DNA of 64,000 nt from the NCBI GenBank assembly GCA_963730185.1, contig CAVSQW010000013.1:96001-160000 (forward strand). The letters run 5' to 3'. The notes beneath the pieces were generated by a model. The model worked only from the letters and a program-made list of their open reading frames with translations. It had not been told where the DNA came from and searched no databases. Each line of letters starts with the position of its first letter. The first letter of the stretch is position 1. Shown one piece after another: positions 37,412 to 46,116 of this stretch. Source of the stretch: an uncultured Gemmatimonadales bacterium (GTDB lineage: Bacteria; Gemmatimonadota; Gemmatimonadetes; Gemmatimonadales; GWC2-71-9). A program made the position numbers and the translations under genes.

Positions 37412-37933
37412 ATGGTCCGACCGCTGCTGCTCGCCTTCGTGCTCCTGCCCGCCGGGCCGCTCTCGGCTCGGGCGCAGTCCGGCTCGCACCCCCACCACCG
37501 GCACCACGACTCCACTCAGGCCGGCGGCGACTCCGCCTATGCTGCGATGCAGGCGCGCGGCAAGCAGGTGATGGGCGTCGACCAGTACTCCTCGGTCCAC
37601 GTCTTCGACGCGCTACCCGACGGCGGCCGGATCGAGCTCCAGCGTCCCGAGGCCGACTCCGCCGACGTCGAGGCGATCCGGGACCATCTGCGCGACCTGA
37701 GCCGGCGGTTCGCGGCCGGCGATTTCTCGCTGCCGGGGATGGTGCACGACGAGGAGGTGCCGGGTGCCCGGACCTTGGCCGAGCGACGCGACCACGTGCA
37801 CTACGAATTCCGGCCGCTTCCCAAGGGGGGCGAGCTCCGGATCACGAGCCACGACGAACAGGCGCTGGCGGCGCTCCGGGAGTTCATGGCGTTCCAACGC
37901 CGCGAGCATCACGCGGCCGGCCGGCCCCGCTAG
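37412..37933 (+). CDS. Secreted His-rich hypothetical protein
   Basis: Signal peptide, HPHHRHH, MGVDQ...HVF...DGG, IRDHL, GDFSLPGMVH, FQRREHH. Confidence 0.75.
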   Translation: MVRPLLLAFVLLPAGPLSARAQSGSHPHHRHHDSTQAGGDSAYAAMQARGKQVMGVDQYSSVHVFDALPDGGRIELQRPEADSADVEAIRDHLRDLSRRFAAGDFSLPGMVHDEEVPGARTLAERRDHVHYEFRPLPKGGELRITSHDEQALAALREFMAFQRREHHAAGRPR

Positions 37934-38601
37934 TCGGGCGCCTCGGCGAGTCGGGCCAGACCGGCCGGATCGAGGAGGTCGAAGCGACCTCGTCCCGCCG
38001 GCGCGATCAGTCGCCGCCGGGCGAGGTCGCGGAGGGCTCGCACCACCACCTCGCGGACGGTCCCGATCTCCTCGGCCAGGGCGCCCTGGGTCATGCCCAG
38101 GACCACGGGGCCGCCGTCGGAGCGGGCCCGCTCGAGGAGAAAGCCGGCCACTCGGGCCCGGGCGTCGAGCCGGGCCAGCCGGTCCAGGCGCGACACGAGT
38201 TCCCGAACCCGCTCCGCGAGCCGCCTGAGAAACTGGAACGCCACCTCCGGGTGCGCCGCGGCCACGTCGAAGAGCGCCTCGCGGGAGAGCACCGCGCAAC
38301 GGGTCGGGCGGGCGGCGATGGCCGACGCCGGATAGACGCCGCCGGCGAAGAGCGGGATCTCGCCGAGCGTGCCACCGGCCTGCTCCACGTGAATGACGAA
38401 CTGCCGGGTTCCCCGCCCGCGCACCACCCGCACCTCACCCTCCAGGACGAGGTACAGTCCCTTCGGCTGGCTCCCGGCCGTCCAGAGCACTCGGCCGGGC
38501 TCGAACCGCCGCGCAACCGCGTGCCGGGCCAGCGCCGCGAGGGCCGGGGCCGGCAGACTCTCGGCGATGGGGAGGCGGTGCAGCTCGGCGGGATCGATCA
38601 T
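37930..38601 (-). CDS. Crp/Fnr family transcriptional regulator
   Basis: cNMP-binding barrel (LYLVLEGEV, GEIPLF) and HTH TQGALAEEIGTVREVVVRAL. Confidence 0.9.
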   Translation of the reverse strand: MIDPAELHRLPIAESLPAPALAALARHAVARRFEPGRVLWTAGSQPKGLYLVLEGEVRVVRGRGTRQFVIHVEQAGGTLGEIPLFAGGVYPASAIAARPTRCAVLSREALFDVAAAHPEVAFQFLRRLAERVRELVSRLDRLARLDARARVAGFLLERARSDGGPVVLGMTQGALAEEIGTVREVVVRALRDLARRRLIAPAGRGRFDLLDPAGLARLAEAPD

Positions 38602-38711
38602 GCCGTGGCCCAGCCCGCGCCGCTGACGCCGCGGCGTGCGGAGCCGATATTGCTTGCGATCAGGCGGGTCCGAGCGGGCCCACGAGAGCGACTCGTCACC
38701 TGGGGGAATCC

Positions 38712-39143
38712 ATGCCCGACATTCTCCACGATTTCCCGATCGCCGCCCCGATCGAACCCGTCTTCGATGCCGTGGCGACTCCGGGCGGTCTGGCCTGCTG
38801 GTGGGCGGCAGGGGCTAGCGGCACTCCGGCGCTGGGCGAAATCTACGACCTCGACTTCGGACCGGGCTATCGGTGGCGTGCCCAGGTGACCGAACTGGAC
38901 CGGCCGACCCGGATCGAGTGGAGCCTGATCGAGGCAGACGCGGATTGGACCGGTACTCGGGTGGCGCTCAGGCTCGCGCCCCGAGGCGAGCTCACCCAGG
39001 TCGAGTTCAGGCACCTGGGCTGGCCCGAGGCCAACGCCCATTTCCGGACCTCGTCCTTTTGCTGGGCGATGTACCTCCGGCTCCTCAAGCGGTACCTGGA
39101 GGTGGATGAGATCGTGCCGTACCAGCTCCGCCTCGACGTCTGA
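38712..39143 (+). CDS. SRPBCC/AHSA1-like domain protein
   Basis: VFDAVATPGGLACWW, DWTGT, FRHLGW, WAMYLRLLKRYLE. Confidence 0.85.
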   Translation: MPDILHDFPIAAPIEPVFDAVATPGGLACWWAAGASGTPALGEIYDLDFGPGYRWRAQVTELDRPTRIEWSLIEADADWTGTRVALRLAPRGELTQVEFRHLGWPEANAHFRTSSFCWAMYLRLLKRYLEVDEIVPYQLRLDV

Positions 39144-39145
39144 CG

Positions 39146-39718
39146 CTACCGGGGCAGCTTGCCCAGGACGTGCTGCATCACGGCCGTGGCGAGGACCTGG
39201 GCCGAATCCGGCTGGCCCTTGGGAGGATCGGCATTGACCGACACCTGATAGTGCCCGTCGTAGGCCGTGAGGGTCTTGATCTCCGGGGTCCAGTAGGCCA
39301 TCGAGCCCAGACCTTGGACCGGCGCGCTCGCGTCGAGCAGGTCCTGGCCCATGCCCGACACGGCGTCGTCACCCTTGGCGACGGCTGCCTTCAGGTCGTC
39401 GAACGAGGTCGGGGGCGATTCGCTGGCGCTGTAGCGGACCAGCACGCTCAGCCCGCGATACGAGGGCGCCGAATAGAGGCAGTTCGTCACCACGATGCCG
39501 CCGGCCTCGTTGCGCTGGTCGATGCGCTTCTTCCCTTCTCCCACCTCCTCGCCGAGGAACCGGCCGGCGTCGGCGGGCGAGACGATCTGACACACATCGA
39601 TGGCCGGGAGCCCGGCCGGATCGGCGGCCTTGGTCTCGCCGCCGCCCTTGGGGCCGCCGCCACAGGCGCCAAGCAGCAAAGCCAGGGGGAGGAGTCGGAT
39701 CACGGGCGATGAGGGCAT
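39146..39718 (-). CDS. Hypothetical lipoprotein (DUF3558-like)
   Basis: Lipobox LGAC; DVCQIVS...CLY, VQGLGSMAYW; GGAGG SD. Confidence 0.7.
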   Translation of the reverse strand: MPSSPVIRLLPLALLLGACGGGPKGGGETKAADPAGLPAIDVCQIVSPADAGRFLGEEVGEGKKRIDQRNEAGGIVVTNCLYSAPSYRGLSVLVRYSASESPPTSFDDLKAAVAKGDDAVSGMGQDLLDASAPVQGLGSMAYWTPEIKTLTAYDGHYQVSVNADPPKGQPDSAQVLATAVMQHVLGKLPR

Positions 39719-39736
39719 GACGGCCTCCGGGTTGGG

Positions 39737-40823
39737 TCAGTGGGTTCCCGGCTCCGAGAAGCGGAGCAGCTCTTCCAAGTATCGTCCCCAGACGGCCGGG
39801 AGGGAGTGGGTGCCGTGGCCGCGGGTCTGGTCGCTGATCGGAATCAAGAGGTAGCGTCCCCGTTTCACGTGGGTGATCTCCCGCTCCATGATCCCCAGCT
39901 CGGGCGGGTTGACCTGATCGTCGGCGGAATTGATCGCGAACAGAGGCGCCGTGATCGCCTCGAGGTGGGGCGAGGGGTCGTAGTTCCGCGAGGCGTCGAA
40001 CTGGTAGATCAGGTCGTTGGCGTCGAGCCCCGCCGCGTACCGCTTGACCCGGTCGGCCAGAAATCGCTCGGCCGCCTCGCGGGTCGGAGCTTCCTTCTGC
40101 CACTGCAAGCGGGCTCGACACCATGACCATCAGCTCGTGGACCGCCGAGATCAGCCCGTGCGGCTGGGCGGTGTATTCGCCGCCTTTCCACTCGGGGTCG
40201 GTCTCGATGTCGTCGATCATCATCTTCCGCATCATCCGATTCCGGCCGGCGATCTCCACCGGCAGGCTGGCGAGCGGCATCAGCGCGTCCATGAAGTCCG
40301 GGTAGGTATAGCCCCACACCCAGGTCTGCATGCCGCCCATCGACGTGCCGGTTACCAGGCGGAGATGGTTCACGCCGAGATGGTCGGTGAGGAGGAGGTA
40401 CTGGGCCCGGACCATGTCGTCGTAGGTGTACTTCGGGAACCGCATGTGGAGGCCGTCGCTCGGGCGGCTCGACTTCCCGTGACCGATGCCGTCCGGGAGA
40501 ATGAGGTAGTAACGGGTCGCGTCGAGGAGCTGACTCTGGCCGAACAAGTGGCCCCCGAAATTGGCCGAGAGAAAGCCGCGGCCGCTTCCTGTGGTCCCGT
40601 GCATGATCAGCACGGCATTGGTGGTCTTCCCGCTTGGGTCGCGGCGGGGGCTTCCAATGGTGGTGTAGTGGAGCCGGAGCTCGGGCAGGGTCTCGCCCGA
40701 CTGGAACCGGAAGTCGCGGACGACGTAGTCGCCCTCGGTCGGGGTGGGGTAGGTCTCGACCTGCGCGGCGAGCGGCGCCGTCAAGCCGGCCAGCGCGAGC
40801 AGGCCGGGGAGTGGGATGCGCAT
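39737..40823 (-). CDS. Secreted alpha/beta hydrolase of MetX-like fold, 1-nt frameshift at ~40107
   Basis: Signal peptide, HGTTG, GHGKSS, GTSMGG, NSADD, GHGTH. Removing one T (ccg ct[t]g cag tgg) joins ORFs 39369..40850 and 39737..40108. Confidence 0.8.
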
Positions 40824-40968
40824 GAGGTGCCTCCAGCGAGTCGACCTCACGTTAGTCGTTCCCCGCCCCCGGTGCCACTGACCTGCTCAGTCGGCTCCGG
40901 GGGCTGATGCCGGGGCCGAATCGGACCGCTCGGGCCCGGCCGACCGACGGCCGGGGCCCCGGGTGGCG

Positions 40969-42809
40969 TCAAGCGCCCGAGCCGGCCAGCACGTCGAGCG
41001 TCACGGGCACTCGCCCGAGCGGGGCCGACACCTGGGCGCCCTGGACCCGGTCCCGCACCGCGGTCAGCATCTCCCGCGCGATGGCCACACCCTCCGTCAG
41101 GCCGGCTTCCTTCCCCTGGTCGCTGGCCCGCCGCATCCGCTGGAGGATGACGTCCGGCACCGTGACTCCGGGGACCTCGTTGGCCAGGAACTCGGCGTTT
41201 CGGAGCGAGACCAGCGGCCAGATCCCGGCGATGATCGGAATCCGGAAGCTCTCGACGCTGGCGAGGAACCGGTCCAGCTGCTCGAGGTCGAAGACCGGCT
41301 GGGTGATCGCGAACTCCGCCCCGGCCTCGACCTTCCACGCGAACCGGCGGAGCTCCCGGTCCGGGTCCACTGCGGCCGGGTTCACGCCCACGCCGATGAC
41401 GAACCGGGTCGGCGCCCCGATCGGATTCCGGCCCGGATCGAGTCCCGATTGAGCCGCGACACCAGGTTGGTGAGGCCGATCGCGTCGATGTCGAACACGG
41501 CGGTCGCGTCGGGGTAGGGGCCCATCTTCGGTGGGTCGCCGGTGACCAGCAGCAGGTTCCGGAGCCCGGCGGCGGCGGCGCCCAGCAGGTCGCTCAGCAT
41601 GCCGAGCAGGTTACGGTCTCGGCAGGCGTAGTGGGTCACCGTCTCGAGGCCGGTCTCGCGCTCGATCATCAGCGAGGAGAGGAGCGCCCCCATCCGGCTC
41701 TGGGCTCGGGGGCCGTCGGGGACGTTGACCGCGTCGACCCCGGCCACCTTGAGGGCCCGGCACTGCTCGAACATCGGGGCCGGATCGGTGCCCCGGGGTG
41801 GCACGATCTCCACGGTGGTGATGAACTCGCCCCGGGCCAGCTTCCCGCCGTATCGGGAGCGGTCCTTGAGCGGGACCGGCTCGACCCCCGCAAACCCGGT
41901 CTCGTCGGCGCCCGTCACCGCGGCGTGATGCCGGGGCGACACCGACTGAACGAAGCCCACGATCGACTTGACGTGGTCCGGCGTGGTCCCGCAGCATCCT
42001 CCCACGAACTTGGCCCCCGCCTCCACGATCCGGCGGGCGTACTCGGCCATGTACTCGGGCCTCGCCATGTAGATCTTCCGGTCGCCCACCTCGCGCGGTA
42101 ACCCGGCGTTGGGTTGGGCCGAGATCGGGACCGTCACGACCTTCGCCAGCCGCTCCACCACGCCGAGGATGGCCTGGGGCCCGACCGAGCAGTTCACCCC
42201 GACCACGTTGGCGCCGGAGCTCGCCAGGGCCGGTCCGAAGACCTCGGGCTCGGTGCCGTAGGCGGTTCGGCCATCCTCGTTCACGGTCATCTGGGCGATG
42301 ATCGGGAGGTCGCTCACGCTCCGGATGCCCTCGATGGCGGCTTTGATCTCGTTGAGGTCGCTGAAGGTCTCCAGGATGAAGCCGTCGACCCCGCCGTTGG
42401 CGAGCCCCTGGGCCTGGCGCGCGAACGCGGCCCGCGCCTCGGTCACCGCCGTCTCGCCGAAGGGCTCGACCCTGACGCCCAGGGGGCCGATGGCGCCGAC
42501 CACCGCGGCCCGGTCGTCCGCGGCTTCGCGGGCGACCTTGGCCGCCGCGGTGTTCAGGGCCTCGGTCTCGGCCGCGAGCCCGTAGTGGGCGAGCTTGTAC
42601 GGGTTGGCGCCGAACGTGTTGGTCTCGATCGCCTCGGCGCCCACCTTCACGTAGGCCCGGTGAATGTCCCGGACCAGGTCCGGCTGACGGGCTGCCAGCT
42701 CGTCGAAGCAGACGTTGAGGAACACCCCGCGCCCGTAGAGCATGGTCCCCATGGCGCCGTCGAAGACGTGCACCCGCTCGTCGGCGATGAGGTCCGTGAG
42801 GCTGGGCAT
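40969..42809 (-). CDS. yitJ: Bifunctional homocysteine S-methyltransferase / 5,10-methylenetetrahydrofolate reductase (YitJ-like), 1-nt frameshift at ~41445
   Basis: [29 protein letters not shown] part EIVPP, HYACRDRN, VTGDPP, KVEAGAEFAITQPVFD. Adding one G (aat cgg g[g]a ctc gat ccg) restores the frame; AGGAGG SD before ATG 42809. Confidence 0.88.
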
Positions 42810-42858
42810 CGAGCCCTCCTTTCGACGCGAAAGCCCGAGGCTAAAAGGCCCCGGGTGG

Positions 42859-42908
42859 CGCGTTTTAGCGTTTGTTTTACGTGGCCGCAATCAGCGCAAA
42901 TCGCCACG
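42859..42908 (-). ncRNA. SAM-II (SAM-alpha-type) riboswitch aptamer, yitJ leader
   Basis: CGUGGC-GAUUUG-CGCUGAUUGC-G-GCCACG-UAAAACAAAC-GCUAAAAC-GCG: P1 stem, UUU loop, UUGC, A-rich L3 and GCUAAA of the H-type pseudoknot; upstream of a methionine gene. Confidence 0.88.
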
Positions 42909-42969
42909 ATCCAGTTGTTCACCAAACCTAGCGACCTTACCCGACGATCGCCACGGGCTAGCTTCCGGG

Positions 42970-43842
42970 ATGCGAGTCCATCTGGTCGACGGGACCTACG
43001 AGCTCTTCCGCCACTACTTCGCGATGCCGTCCTCCCTGGCCCCCGACGGTCGCGAGGTCGGCGCCCTCCTCGGCGTGCTCGGCTCGATTCTGGGAATGCT
43101 CCAGTCCGGTACTACGCACGTCGGCGTCGCCACGGACCACGTGGTCGAATCGTTCCGGAACCAGCTCTGGGCCGGCTACAAGACCGGCGAAGGGCTGGAG
43201 CCCGCCCTCTGGACCCAGTTCCACCCGCTCGAGGAGGCGCTTCGAGCCATGGGCGTCGTGGTGTTCGCGATGGAGGAGCTGGAGGCCGACGACGGCCTCG
43301 CCTCAGCCGCCCGGCTGGCCGCCGCCGACCCTGAGGTGGAGCAGGTCCTGATCTGCACGCCGGACAAGGACCTGAGCCAATGCGTGGTTGGCGATCGGGT
43401 GGTCCAGTTCGACCGCCGGAAGCGGGAGCTCCGGAACGAGGCCGGCGTCCGCGCCAAGTTCGGGGTCGGGCCGCGTTCGATTCCGGACTACCTGGCCCTG
43501 GTGGGCGACGCCGCCGACGGCTTTCCGGGGATTCCCGGATGGGGCGCCAAGTCCGCCGCCCAAGTCCTGGCCCGCTACGAGTTCCTGGAAGGGATTCCGG
43601 CCGATCCGGCCCGGTGGGAGGTGACGGTCCGGGGCGCCGCTCGCCTCTCCGCGGCGCTCGAGGCCGATCGCGACCACGCCTACCTCTTCCGGCGGCTGGC
43701 GACCTTGCGAACCGACGCGCCGCTGGTTGGCTCGGTCGACGAGCTCCGCTGGCGGGGACCGACCCCCCGGTTTCAGTCCGTGGCCGCGTCGTTAGGCGCG
43801 GCCGACCTGTGGCACCGCGCCCGTCGGGCGGCCGGGTCCTGA
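42970..43842 (+). CDS. Stand-alone 5'-3' exonuclease / flap endonuclease (Pol I 5'-nuclease family)
   Basis: LVDGTYELFR, FRNQLWAGYK, EADD, TPDKDL, LVGDAADGFPGIPGWGAKSA (H3TH). Confidence 0.9.
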   Translation: MRVHLVDGTYELFRHYFAMPSSLAPDGREVGALLGVLGSILGMLQSGTTHVGVATDHVVESFRNQLWAGYKTGEGLEPALWTQFHPLEEALRAMGVVVFAMEELEADDGLASAARLAAADPEVEQVLICTPDKDLSQCVVGDRVVQFDRRKRELRNEAGVRAKFGVGPRSIPDYLALVGDAADGFPGIPGWGAKSAAQVLARYEFLEGIPADPARWEVTVRGAARLSAALEADRDHAYLFRRLATLRTDAPLVGSVDELRWRGPTPRFQSVAASLGAADLWHRARRAAGS

Positions 43843-43899
43843 TCGGCCACCCGAGCGGGCCGGGCTCCGGGCCGGGGATCCGCTCCCGGCCCAGGTACC

Positions 43900-45792
43900 T
43901 CAGTACGAGCTGCTGTACGTCGTCGTCCCGAAGCTCGCGTTCTCATGACAGAGCGTCGAGAAGCCGGCCGACATGCCGGAGCCGATGGCGCTCCAGGACC
44001 CAGCCACGCCGGTGGCCGGCGCCCAGGCGTCGTTCCATCCACTCAGACCGTGGAAGTCGGGCATCGTGATCGTCGCCGTCGAACCGCCGATCCAGGCGGT
44101 GGTCGCGGTGATGAACGCGAACCTGATCGGTGACGTCGCGTTGTAGTACTCGAACGTGGCGCCGATGGTGAAGTCGCTCCCGAACGGGAAAGTCACCGCC
44201 ATCCGCTTGTACGCGGTCGACAGGTCCGTGACGACCGGCGTGTCGATCGGGCTCGGCAAGGTGACCGACCGGTCGGCCAGGGCATTGAACGCGACCGACG
44301 CGACCCGATACTCGGCGTAGCCGGTGGCCGGCGTCGTGCCGCTCTGGGCGAGGACGGTGAGCTGGTGAAAATCCGTCGGCCGTTGGATCGCCGGGGGGAA
44401 ACCGTAGGCGGTGAAGCCGGACTGCGGGCCGCTGGTGGTCGTGTACATCCCGGCGGTGTGGCAGGCCGCGGTGGTCCAGTAGTTCATGCTGTGCGTCACC
44501 TGCTCGGCTCCCATCACGTTCGAGACGGTGATGATGGCCGTTGCCGGGGCGAACGACTCCGAGCCGCCGAAATCCACGGTCCCGACCGAGGAAGGGCCGC
44601 TCGGCACGTTCACGTCTCGGCGAACGAGCCCGCGGTCGGGGTTGGAACCGGTGAAAGGATGGCGCCATCCGATCAAGTCCCGCTGGCCCACCGCCACGCC
44701 GGTCAGCGAGAAGAGCCCGTTGGCCGCTGCGGTGGTGATGGCCCCGCCCATCGACACGAGGGCGAAATCGCCGGCGGAGAGACCGGCCACCGTGCCATTG
44801 GCCGAGGCACCGCCGATCGGCACGGTCGGGCAGGCGATGACCGTCGAGCCGGTGAGCTCGGCCCGAGTCATGAAATGCACCTGCAGCTGCGGCGTCGTCG
44901 CCGAGGTCTCGATCACGAACGCGTAGCCACCGGTCGCTCCGTTGATGCTGAACTGCACCATCGAATTGGCCGGGACCGCCAGGACGCTCCAAGGACCGTT
45001 GCCGTCCTGGTAGGCGAACCAGACCGGCTTGGGCGCGCATCCGGAGACGTCGACCGTCGCATTGCCACCGCCGCCGCTGCCGGTCGTGACCGTCACCCCG
45101 ACCGTGGCGGTCTGGTTGGCCAGGCCGGTGGCGCTGCCGGTCACCGTCAGTGGGTACGTCCCGGTGGCCAGATTCGCGGTTGCCGCGACCGTCAGCGTCG
45201 ACGTCGTGCCGGTCGTGCTGGTCGGGTTGAGGCTCGCGGTGAGACCGGCCGGGGCCCCCGAGACGGCCAGCGCCACGCTCCCGGTGAACCCGCCGGTGCG
45301 CGCGATGGTGATGGCGGACGTCCCGTTCGCTCCCTGCGCGATGGAGACCGAGGTCGGCTGGGCCGATAGCGTGTACCCACCCGCGGCGGTGATGGTCAGC
45401 GAGAAGCTCGCCGAGGCCGTGGTCACGCCGCTGCCGGACGCCTGAACGGTCAGCGGGTAGGTCCCGGGTGCGGCGGAGCCCGAGGCCGTCACCGTCACCG
45501 TCGTCGTGGTGGTGGTCCCTGACGTTTGCGGGCTCGAGGCGCTGCCGGTGACGCCCGAAGGAGCGCCCTGGACGGCGATGCTGATCGTACCCGTGTAGCC
45601 GCCCCCCCGAGTGACGGTCGCCGTGACGGCCGTCGAGGCGCCCTGGCCAATGGTGGCGCTGGTCGGGCTGAGCCCGATCGAGATGGTGGGCGTCTGCCCC
45701 GGTTGGGTACCGCCGGAGCCGGACGAGCAGGCGGCGACGACGAGGAGTGTCGCCGTCATTAGGAAGGGAATGGTGGGCCGATGGGCTAGCAT
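43900..45792 (-). CDS. Ser/Thr/Gly-rich surface lipoprotein with tandem Ig-like domains
   Basis: Lipobox VAAC; two ~100-aa repeats each containing TR.GG(Y/F)TG...GAP.G...GTYPLTV. Confidence 0.75.
   Translation of the reverse strand: MLAHRPTIPFLMTATLLVVAACSSGSGGTQPGQTPTISIGLSPTSATIGQGASTAVTATVTRGGGYTGTISIAVQGAPSGVTGSASSPQTSGTTTTTTVTVTASGSAAPGTYPLTVQASGSGVTTASASFSLTITAAGGYTLSAQPTSVSIAQGANGTSAITIARTGGFTGSVALAVSGAPAGLTASLNPTSTTGTTSTLTVAATANLATGTYPLTVTGSATGLANQTATVGVTVTTGSGGGGNATVDVSGCAPKPVWFAYQDGNGPWSVLAVPANSMVQFSINGATGGYAFVIETSATTPQLQVHFMTRAELTGSTVIACPTVPIGGASANGTVAGLSAGDFALVSMGGAITTAAANGLFSLTGVAVGQRDLIGWRHPFTGSNPDRGLVRRDVNVPSGPSSVGTVDFGGSESFAPATAIITVSNVMGAEQVTHSMNYWTTAACHTAGMYTTTSGPQSGFTAYGFPPAIQRPTDFHQLTVLAQSGTTPATGYAEYRVASVAFNALADRSVTLPSPIDTPVVTDLSTAYKRMAVTFPFGSDFTIGATFEYYNATSPIRFAFITATTAWIGGSTATITMPDFHGLSGWNDAWAPATGVAGSWSAIGSGMSAGFSTLCHENASFGTTTYSSSY
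45082..45687 (-). repeat. Intragenic tandem duplication of an Ig-like domain (2 copies)
   Basis: PTSATIGQGAS...GTYPLTVQASG versus PTSVSIAQGAN...GTYPLTVTGSA. Confidence 0.7.
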
Positions 45793-46057
45793 GGAAGCTC
45801 CGCAACGACGCAGGGTGGAGCGCTGAACCGCCCTCGATCGAGGGCGCGCTCTCTCCATTGCGCGGAAGCAAGCAGGTGGCTCGCATCGCCACCGGTCGGC
45901 CTCCTTCCGCCACCCGGGCCGGCGGGGCGCCGACCCACGCCGCGCGCCGCCCCTGCGCCCCACCGGGCCGGCGGGCTAGCCGGCTCCGGCTTGGAGCTGA
46001 GATTATAAGTTTACGATATTGTTCAGTGGGCTCTGACCACCTTGGACATTCCAGAAT

Positions 46058-46086
46058 GCAACGTTTTGAGCGACGCCACGGTCTAA
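46058..46086 (+). promoter_or_regulatory. Putative ECF-sigma promoter GCAACGT-N16-GTCTAA(CCGA)
   Basis: Near-identical boxes to the 8423-8451 copy; 30 nt upstream of ATG 46117. Confidence 0.65.
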
Positions 46087-46116
46087 CCGAACGTTCCCGA
46101 CCGAGGTGGGCAGGTG

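Noticed and set aside
41440..41450. Programmed frameshift or phase variation in yitJ
   Set aside because: The run is only 3-4 nt with no slippery heptamer or stimulatory structure, and the same indel type recurs in unrelated genes.
42647..42925. Similar short peptides (AICADCGHVK) in both met leaders (also 52253-52471), suggestive of leader peptides or a CxxC mini-protein
   Set aside because: The similarity is just translation of the conserved SAM-II aptamer; there is no SD and the similarity fades beyond the riboswitch leader.
17951..43842. PolB plus stand-alone 5'-3' exonuclease as a split Pol I-like or mobile replication module
   Set aside because: They are 22 kb apart with unrelated housekeeping genes between; no integrase, terminal repeats or phage genes.
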